NCBI GenBank assembly: GCA_905178155.1
Contig: CAJINV010000024.1
Location: 286,515 to 350,514 of the forward strand
Direction of reading: 5' to 3'
DNA length: 64,000 nucleotides
Source of the DNA: Amoebophrya sp. A120
Lineage: Eukaryota; Protista; Dinoflagellata
The notes beneath the pieces are model-generated. The model saw only the letters and a program-made list of their open reading frames with translations. It was not told the origin of the DNA and searched no databases. Shown in pieces: positions 1 to 10,500 of this stretch (the first letter of the stretch is position 1; each line of letters opens with the position of its first letter). The position numbers and the translations under genes are program-made.

Positions 1-3000
1 TTCTCGTATGCATAATTCACGACTTCTGCTTTTCGGGCTTCCGTGTTTGAGAGGATTGCTCCGGGCTTTCATGACATTTACTTGTCTAGTACCTTTTCGG
101 TTGTGACGTACCAACGCAAACTGGTGAAATTCGGTTCTACCATGTTTGTGTTTTTTCTAAAGTACTTGCTTGCTTTCAGTTGCAACTGAAATCCGTCGTT
201 ACCTAGGGGCGGTTTCGCCCGCTTCACAACGGGAACGCAGTTGAGGGTGCTTCGGCGGCCGAAGGTTTTTTGACATCGACATAAATGACTGTCGGTAGGT
301 TTTTGTTGCTTGCACAGGCTTAGGTCTTCATTGGCTACCTCGAGCGCGCGCAGTTTTTCAAGTAGAAAAAGTAGGTTAGAAGCAGCCGGGGTGCAAGTAG
401 AGGACAACAGCTAGAATTCGAGCGGGCTGAGTGCTTGCGCACTTCTAGGGTGTAACACCGGTAATATCAACCGTGCCCATGCTAGCGGGGCATAGACGAA
501 CGTGACGGGGAGCTGCGCAGTCGGATTTTGCAACCCCCCCTCTAGCTGCACGATGGGGTCCTCAAACGTGGGGCGGCGTGAATTTTTTTTTTCCATGTAA
601 AAAACAAGTCTGAAGTCCTGGCAAATTTGCAAAAATGACCGGAAAATAGGTTTCCGGCTTGGCTGCCCGTGGCTGCCTAAAGACCTAAACCCATTACACT
701 ACAGGCTGGCCTCGAACAGAAAGATAGTGGACTGGTTTCGCGAACAAACATATCAAGTTGAAAAATCCCCCCTCCCCCTATCAAAACGAAGGCTCTGATG
801 CTGGATTTGCGTGCACAAATCAAATTTCTATAGCTGGAGAGCACTACAGGGCAAATATCAAGCCAGAGCAGAGAGGTTTTGGGTTAGGCACTTAGCATGA
901 GAAACGTCTGTGCTCTAGCTCTAGGCCCAACAGCATCACAAACCGCCTGCATGGTGCGCCGGTGCCTGTGGGGTTGCCTGCTTGCAACATAGGCGGAATT
1001 TGTGGTCGCGAATCAGCAACACAAACTTTCGGAGACGTACCTTGTCAATATGGGGAGGGGGGATTTTTCCTCGCAAAAAAACCGCAGACCAACTAATGGA
1101 CTATGAGTCGAAATGTGTCTAAGTCTGGACTTGCCATTCGAAAGTTCAAGGACAAGAAGATAAGTAGAATCTGTGATGCGTGTATACAACGCGTGGCGGC
1201 CATTTTTATTTTTGTCGTCTTCGACGAGCACGAGGCCCGTTTCAGTTTGTCATGCGCTTACTTTACGAAAGATGCCGCAATAAGCCTCGCAAAACTTCTT
1301 CTTATGTATGCTCCTGTGCCGTCGTCCCGTACAAGCGGGGTAAGTACTCCACCGCGACGCAAGTATCAGCAATACAAATTTCTCGAGCCAGACATATTTG
1401 TATTTGATATCGATATGGTTTTCCGCAATTTGTGCCCGCACTTCTTTCCGGCTTTGGTTCGTTTCTTTAAAAGGTACGAAAACTCGCCTTTCTGTGTATA
1501 TTAAATCTGCTATCGTGCAGTAGTAGCTCTCGCCCCCACAGAGTAAGATTACTGATGGTGCATGTGCACTGTCGCGCCGTACGATCAATGTGCGAGAGTG
1601 GCAATTAGAGCTAGATTATGAATAGATATGAGCTCCTCGAGCAACAGTTCTTATCAAAAACCGGAACCAATCGTGCCAAAGCGGCTGGAAAATGCTGGTG
1701 CGGTTTCTCATAGTATAATCTAAGACGCGGCGTTACGATCCGCAGTACAGACATACCTTCAAAGCTGAGCAGCAGAGCAAGGCCTGGCCTCGTAGCAAGC
1801 CTTAGGCGGAGTGCTGGCTTCATGTAGATATCGCGCTGAGGCTGATAAGCTGCAGTTTTGGCTGCATGTTTTTAATTGGCACATTCACAGGCGCAGCCAT
1901 AGCCTGATACTCGAAAGCCATGTTTTAGAAGGCAGGCAGCCCTATTAGCTGCGTTTGTACTAATAACATGATATCAGTTGTTTAATACTCACTTGCTGCT
2001 CGGCTCTGATTGTGTGTTGATTCATTCCAATATGCTGTATGGGGAACGCGAAAACAAGCGAAGTTCCGCATCGGATGCTATGCGGACGAGGATTAGTATC
2101 AAACCAAAATTCACGCAAGACGTAATCAGTCTTTTTCAAAAAGCGTGTAGCTTCCACGCTGCGAGCCAGAGTAAAACATATAATCAAAAGCGTAGAGTAC
2201 AGAACTTTAGCTCCGATGGTACGATGTGCGGCACCAGAAGCAATTTGTCATGCACAAATCAGAATGATTTACGTCTCTGCGGCGTTTCGTTCACATCTAT
2301 ACTCCCCGCAGCTTCAATACATTTGATCACCTGGACGTATGAAGTGTAATACAGAAGTCGCCTTTGTAGTTTTCGATGTCAGTTGCAATCTCACCGCCCG
2401 TATACAAATTATTTCAATTGGTAAGCCCGAGCACCCGCTCATGGTCAGGCCCAGTGCTGTCTACAAGCTACAGTATTGCACTCCTTGGTCGTAATTGCAT
2501 GTAGTATCGCCTCCCTAGCCCAGTCCTGTCGTACCGCGCTAGTAGTATCGAAAATATTAAAGGCTGATATTTTTAGGTACTGCTTTATGCAAATCTGTAC
2601 AGTGAAAGAACAACAAAAAATCTTCGCTATACTGCTACAACTCCATTTCACTATACTCTACACATCTTCTTTTCCATAGTATCGAATACTGCGTGTGATC
2701 CTGCGTTTTCCATAATTGATCCTGCGTGTGATCCTGCGTTTGTTTGAGAACGGATACTACCCCTTTCCAAATCAAAACATTTTAGGACCCGGGGGGACAG
2801 GAAGAGCCCCCCGGTAGCGCTAGTCTCACATGGGTGCACACATAAGGACGTTGACGAAGAAACACACACACACACGGCGGTCAAAAAACACAAACAATAT
2901 GCGTCCAGCACAAACTGCCCTGACTCGCTCACCGGATGGATGCGCCGCCGAGGTCCGTCGCTGCAGTAGCTTAAATAATAATAGCTATAATAGAAAGAAA

Positions 3001-3972
3001 AATATAGAAATAGTAGCGGCAAAGCTATCTGTAGCGCTTTCCTGGTAGAACAGCCGCGCCACGCCGCTGAGCGGGAGACGGCCTGTCCAGTGAGTGAGTG
3101 CCCCGTCAACTGCTCGCCGGGGCGCTGCGTGGAAGAGCAGCGTCGCCGCATGTCGAGCCGGGGAACTAGTTTGCTTTCGATTGCCTTTTTATTTTTTTTT
3201 TTTTAAGTTCCCCGTCATCTCAATTCCCCCTTAACTTGCCGCCTTACTCTTCACGGACATGGGGGATGACATCAGCGCGTAGAACGGTTTGAATCAGACT
3301 CGGGCTACAAGGCCACAGGTAAACTATCCCAGTGTCTTCCGGCCGGCCTTGACGCAATCTGACTACTAAAAACCTCGCGGTAGCTGGGGGGCGTTCTAGT
3401 CTTCGGTCTAGTTCGTCGCCCTCTACCAGGCCTGTACTACCTGAAAGCAGAACTTCGGCTAGGGCAACAAGATCACATCAAGCAGCATCCGCGAGCAGCA
3501 TCCGACCCGAGAGTAGTCAGCCGGGCCATTTCTGAAGGCGCTGCGAGGTGGGCGGAGAGGCATCACGCTAGCAGTTGGACGGGAGCAAGGCCAGCGTTCT
3601 TCTGTGTGATGTTCGTCGTATACTGTCCTGCCTAGTTCAACTATGTAGGTTATCTCTCTCTCTCTCTTGGTCGTAATTGCATGATGCTGAAATTGTTTGA
3701 CATAATAGTGGCCCCGCGCAGGAACGTCCTGTGCCTGCAGGTGCAGGAGCACACTGAAAATTTGTATTTCTTCCAGGCCACACGACCAGACCACGAAGCT
3801 TTTTCGTATATATGGATTCTCCAACATCGGTCGTTTTGGTGGAGTTGCTCTGACAGTGAAGTTTTTGGTCGTTCTAAAAATTACATTTTCATATTCCCTG
3901 TCCGATGAGATATCGACCTTCAGCGAGCCAGCCAGTCAAGCACCGGACGCGGCGCCGTATCGAAGAAGAATT

Positions 3973-4300
3973 GTAGTTCCCCCCTGCTCCCAGAAAGAGC
4001 AGAAGGCCGCTTTTGTATTGCGAGCACCATTCTCATGGGCATCCCCCCTGTAGTTCCCCCCTGTATCCCAGAAAGGGCGGCCGTTTTTGTATTGCGAACA
4101 CCATTCTCATGGGCATCCCCCCTGTAGTTCCCCCCTGTACCCCAGAAAGGGAAGGCCGTTTTTGTATTGCGTGCACCATTTTCATGGGCATCCCCCCTGT
4201 ATTGCGAACAAGAACTGCAGGCCCCCTCTGCTCCCAGAAAAAGAAGTCCATTTTTGTATTGCGAGCACCATTCTCATGGGAACAAACATGAGCATCCCCC
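3973..4300. repeat. Minisatellite, ~74-75 bp unit, ~4 degenerate copies
   Basis: Core TTTTGTATTGCGA.CACCATTCTCATGGGCATCCCCCCTGTA recurs; GTATTGCG at 4015, 4089, 4164, 4198, 4256. Confidence 0.85.
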
Positions 4301-4517
4301 TCTTGCCCAAGAAGTAGGCAAGCAACATAAATGCTTCAGGTGGAAAAGATTCGCCGCGAAGTATATCTCTGCTGGAAAAAAAGGCCGAGCACGAGAGCCC
4401 ACTGCAATGCTTGCCATGTAAAGAAGGCGAAGGTGCAGCAACCTACGCCGAAGCTCTGGACACGTCGCCCTTTCGTGTAAGAAGACAAGAGCTTTTACAT
4501 TTAGAAAGTAGGCATGA

Positions 4518-7500
4518 GAATTAGAGACTTTCCCCAGTTATGATAGATACCGGGGGTGGGGCGCCGCTTATCATCCTGATACCACGAAAAGGAGCTTCCT
4601 GCACAACCAGCTGCGGTTCCGGCCGCCGAATAAGATTATGAGTTGCAAAAGTATCGGCTACTAGTATAGATTGCAATACAAAAAATTGGGTCACGCAGCG
4701 TTGTAGATTAAATTTGTAATGCGGATTTCCCTGAACAACTAGATTTGTAATGCATAAGGCCTGAACAACTAGACTTCTCATGCTCGGGAAATTTGTAATG
4801 CGTTTGTACGAGTACGATACTTCTGCAATGCATAGGAAGTCCAGCAAGTCCATGAAACTGTCAAAGTAGGCACCATTTTCATTTTCGCTATATTCTTCAG
4901 AATCGGCAAAATCAGAGTCAGAACTGCCGCTGCTGAAGTCCTCTAAGTAATCGTGTATTTCCCCATCTCGTACCTCTACCTGTTCTGGCGCCCCCTTCGC
5001 GTCGTGGTTCCCGTCAGTGTCAACACCAGCTTTGGGCTCTCCAGCGTCGTCACCAGCACGACCTTTCTCTTCCTCATTCGCCGCAGGAGCTACAGTGGCT
5101 TCCTTCATAATATCCTTCGCAGCCTTCTTCTCCGCATCCTTTTTCGCCTTTCTCTCAGCGGTTCTAGCCTTTTTAGCCGCATTTTTTTTCTCTTCCATTT
5201 CCCGCTCCAGGAGGTCCTCTGCCGCTGCTTCTTGCAATTTCTTGTCTTTGAAATCCAAAAACTCTTCGAAATGAAGCTTCAACTGTTTCATTTTCGGAAT
5301 CTTCTCGGCTTCGAACTCTTCCCTCTGTTCCATCAATTGCTTCAAACCGTCGAGCGATAGAGGTTTGATCCTTTGGAACTGCTTATCGGTAACCTTGTTC
5401 TTCAGCATGACATGAAGCGCTAGTTTCTGCGGAGGCGGCTTGCGTAGCAAAGCGAAAAGTCGCTTCTTCTCCTGCTCGACTTGTTTTCTCTTCTCTTCTT
5501 TCTCGCTTCGTAACGCGATCTGACTGGCGGTTTTTTCTTTGTCTGAGGAATCTTCACCTTCGGACGAGCGACCATTTTCATCATCATCTCCATCGCGGTT
5601 GTCCCTCTTGCGGGCGACTTTGGAGCCGATTTCTAGTAGTTCTTGTTCCACGCTCTGTGGTTTATTTTGTCCTTCATCTCCGTGGTCTTCATCTTCTTTT
5701 TCGTCTTCGCTGCTTCCTGGCTGGACTCGCTCTTGCTCGATTTTTGAAGTCGTGGCCCTCTGGCAGCTCCCGGAGGTGGTCGTCGTGGTCACCCCGACCT
5801 GGTCCTCTATTTGCCACCAATTCTTCTCGTAATTCCATTTCCACTCCACGCCGTCTGGTAAAAGCGCATTGTCTTCTCCGACATTTTTCCCAGTACCTGC
5901 GTGTTCCTGAAACTCCGAGGACCGCCACGCCGCATGGTTTTCGGAAACGACGAGTTCCTCCGTTGGCCTTGGCTGTTTGTGTAGTTTTTCCACTCTCGCG
6001 GAGCGGTTCTTGTCAGCGGATCGTCGTCATCCGAGTCGCAATCAGAGACGAAAAAGTCGTGACCGCGTGAAGGGTGGCGGTTGTTGACAACGGGCGGATC
6101 AACATTCAGGTTGTTCGCCTGCTCGTCCATCTTCGACGCTAGATTGTGCTGCTCCACAGAGTCGCCAGCCATGGTGGCGCCAAGACTTAAATTCAATTTG
6201 AATTTGATATCAATGGATCAGGAACTCGTTTTTGAAATTCAAATCTGTGATGGGATGAATCGCGATGTCCAATGAGAATGACCACGCTGTGCTTTTTACA
6301 ACATCTTTACCTAATCCTAGCACATAGACATCATACGATAGCTGCGGAAGCTGCCCTCATATAATCTTTTCTTCTTTTGTAGTTGTTTGTCCATTACTAC
6401 TACATCTTCATCCGCTAGGCTAAAAAGAAGGAGAAAATGTAATGCGGATTTCCCTGAACAACTAGATTTGTAATGCATAACTGCAAATTTAGTACGAGTT
6501 GTCGATCCTTTTGCACTGCATAAAGATCCGCTGGTTTCCCGGACTAGTCGGGTTCAGATCTACAACTGGGTCGCCTGCGTCTCCCGTGCAGCAGCACATG
6601 CGAGGCTGTAGTACTACGTCTCGTCCTGCGGGCAGAACCGCCGAGGGAGATGAGCCTGCTCGTCGTGAGGCAAGCTCACGAAGAGCTATGAGTGTGCCTT
6701 CTGGTGGTCTTCCCGGAGATAGTGGTACAACGAGAACGAGGAGTCGGAGGAGCTCCCCCAGAGGCAAAAAACCATCTTCGGGCTGCGGCACCGTGCTGAC
6801 GCTGCTGTCGACGGCGCGGAGACTGAAATCGGCGGCGGAAGTGGAAGAGGAAAGTTCTGAGAAGGCACACAGAACTTCTACACATGCAACTGCTGTGGCC
6901 ACCAAAGCAGGAAAGAGCCACGCAGAAGTGCTGCCACCCAAGATGAACGGGCACCAAAGCAGTGACCGGTATGAGTACGGTCTGCTGATTCGGCGGTTAT
7001 GCAATGCAAAAGCATCGCACTAGTATAAATTGCAGTACAAATTAGCCCAGCCTACAAATTGAATTTGTAATGCTGGTTTACCTTGAGACAGAGATCGCCG
7101 CAAGGTCGCAGCGCGGGGACTCTGTCCCCGCGCCATGACCTTGTTTGTGATGCATAAACGCGATTGCTACGAGTGCGATACTTTTGCACAGGATAGCGGT
7201 GGAGGCTGGACGAGGGTGACGAGAAGAGCAAATCCTTCCCCTCCGGGTATGCCCTGGAAGAGTATCTGCAGGAGGAGCCGCGCCGAAGATCATCGGAAAC
7301 ATCCGAGCGGAGCGTAAGTGGACAATGTGACACGACGCAGGAGGCAGCAGATGACGTCACGGGCCTCCTGCCCGAGAAGCATGGTCACAGTAGAAGCCAC
7401 GACGATGATCATATCGTCGCAGGCAGCGGTAAAATAACGCAACGAAACACGGAAGAAGGCGAAGATCACGCCTCCCTAGCGGAGATCACGATAGCCAGAA

Positions 7501-10500
7501 ATGATCCGCCGTACAGGGCCACGAGCGCGAAGATGACAGGAGGTCGGGGAAAGCCAAAACCAAAACGCCACGAAGTACCAGAGATCGATGCTGGTCGTGC
7601 AAGACCAATCGACAGGGAAGAGGACGCTGCCACACTGCTCGACGCGGAGGAGGAACAGCGCTTCCTCGAGGGAGAGGAGGACGAGCATGGTTCGGAGACC
7701 GAGCGTGATCATGCGCAAAACCAGAAGTATATGTCACAAATGGAAATATATCAGGCGCGCCTTTATAAAGAAAATCGAAATGGCCCGTCAAATTCACCCA
7801 CAAATGGCAATGCAAATAGCGCACAGATGAGCTACAGCAGAACACCACAAGCCAGAGATAACCGAGCAGACGGAGGTGCAGAAAAAAGTGGGCGCTCGGA
7901 GTCAGGTGGCCATGGCCAGGCTGCGGCTGGAACGACGAACAGATGCGAATCTACTTCGCAGAACGACGAGGAGGAGGAGGAGACCATGCTACAACGCAGT
8001 AGCCAGTCGGTGGCCTTCATCCCGTTCGGAGCGCGACTACAAGAACGAGGACAGCATCAACGACAGACACAGATAACCGAAGATGCTGCGGTCGTCGATA
8101 CAAAAACCGAAGCTGCAGCTGCTGCTTCTGAAAAAACCGCATCTGTCGAGGAAGTCGCGATCCCCATGGCGCGGGTCGGGTTTGCGGCGGACGTGGCGAC
8201 GAAAATCGCAAGGCTAATCGCCAAACACGCAGGTGAGCGGGAAAAGGACGGGGTGCTCAACTGGATCGGGAATGAAAGCCGCGACCAGGCAAATCCCCCG
8301 ACAACTGGAGATCATGGTCGGAGAGGTGCGGAAAAATATAGTCGTGGTGCGAAGGACGACAAGAGTTCGAAGAACGCGGAACACGAAGATCCGGAGGCGG
8401 GTGAGGCTGCGACCGGAGGTGCAGCTTTGCCTCGTGGTAGGAAGAACGACCCGATCGGGCAGGAGGACAACGCCTTTGGTACACCGGAGCAAGAAAATGA
8501 CCGCCGGGAGCACCACCACGGCGACGTAGTAGACCCCGAAAAATCATACTCTTCGTCCTTCCACTGCCTCAAAGGCCCGAACTGCCTGTTCCGTAATGTC
8601 TGCCTGAAGGGATTCACCTACGACTCTAGCATATACATTGCAAAAGTACTATGACTACCGTGCAACTTCGTGCGTGAATTGCAATACAAATTTCATTTCC
8701 AAATAAAAAGAAGAAACGCAAATTGTGATGCTGAGTCGCATCGGGCTACCAATCTGTCATGCATGATTGCAATTACTACGTAGGCGGTACTAGGAGTACT
8801 TTTGCACTGGATACACCAACCCACTCGACGATTTCCGATCCAGAATACGGGAGGTGCATTTCGAGTACTTTTTGCCCGAAGATGACACGACTTCCGCTGA
8901 AGTGGACGATGTATCCTGTGCAAAAGTATCGCACTCGTATAAATGCAATACAAATTTCCTCAGCATGAGAAATAAAATTTGTAATGCAGATTTTCGTTGG
9001 AAACAAGATTTGTAATGCAAGACTTGCATTTGTACGAGTACGATACTTTTGCAAAGGATACGATGACCACTCCCACGACGATTGGGAGACCCACAGCGAT
9101 GCGGATACACGGTACATTTTTCAAAATCTGTATCTGATGCCAAATTATCCAAACATCATTCCCAATCTCCGCCACCTGGTGGCGAAAGCGCGGTTTCACC
9201 GGGCGCGTGGTGCTCCCGGGAAGCGGCGGCTCCAAGAACGGGGCAAGAGGGCGCTAGGTTCAGGACGACATCCAGATGAAGTTGTGCATCCTCGCGGTGC
9301 TCTCGCCGATTCCTCGAAAAGCACTCCCAAAACCGCCGTCTTCGTGCAGCGTGCCGGCGGGTTCACACACAACGTCGGCCACGTGATTCTTGACGAGATT
9401 CTGACGGTGTTTCAGGCCATGCTGAAGCACGATAGAATCGGAAGCGACGATCGGGAGATCCAGATATCAAATGCAAAAATGTCTGGATGTCTAGCAACTT
9501 GTGTTGCTGATACTTGAATTGCAAACTTGCTGCTTGTACTGCATAACAGCATGAGAAATTTCGCGGGGCTTATTCCAAATTCATTCGTATTTAGCATGAC
9601 AAAGTACCATATTCCGCACGACAAAAAAACTGGCCAATGGTATTCATGCATTACAGATCTTTTTGTCCTTGAAGTCCTGCATCACAAATCCAGGTCCAGA
9701 CATATTTGCAGTGCATACCAGATTCTACTGCACGAAAAGCAGTCCATGAACATCAATGCGTTCGCGCAGCTGCTCGCGACCACGCCCGGTATTGTGAGGA
9801 AAAATGTCCCCACCCCAGAGTTGTCATGCAAGCCTGCATGCGAAAAACGTTTCTCATGCGGAGCCCCATGAGAAGCATTTTCTATTCGTCATTGGGAATT
9901 TGTGATGCTAGAATCATCATAGTATTGTGGATCTGTGATGCTTCTCCTGAATCAGCTAAACAGGATTACACTACGGAGACAAACTTGTCATGCGAAATAA
10001 CCAAATCTGGTGGATTTGTCTACGCTGATTTCGCATCTTGACTCTGGTGTGGGGACGTTTTTACTCAGGATACCCGGGAAGACTACTTCATCTACACCCG
10101 CAGGTGGTTTTACCGGCGCTTCTACCGCTGCTGGTGGAACTTCCAACGTTTTCGACTGGACGGACATCGATTTGACCACCGAAGTGGATTTTTCTGCACC
10201 CGCTTTGAAATCGTCGGAAATAAAAGTTCACCGTTGCTTTCCGGAGCTCATCCTCGGTTGGGCCCGGTTCCAGGGCTACTGGCACTTAGGGTTTGCCGAG
10301 CTGCAGCAGTACTTTCTGCTTCCAAGACACAGCATCATATGACAGTGCACAACTTCCCATCGTCCCCCTCATTTGTATAGCATGAACGCCAATACAAGCA
10401 TTAGCAAGAGTGCCGGCTTTGCATGACAACGTTTGCACTGGAGTGTAGTCCTATTTTGGCGGCTACCAGCAGAACTTGTCATGCATAAGAGTGCCAAGAG

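Noticed and set aside
78-3450. Short ORFs, including a weak Cys-containing ORF 1250..1588
   Set aside because: No recognisable domain or consistent frame; cannot be supported
3958-4450. Possible introner starting TATCGAAG with CGCCG flanks around the minisatellite
   Set aside because: No matching right TIR or ATA end
4521-4834. C-terminus of minus ORF 4521..5993 and a simple 4637-4834 intron
   Set aside because: Flanks do not form a DR; the 4637 TIR pairs better with 6522 and the + strand frame upstream is the protein-like one
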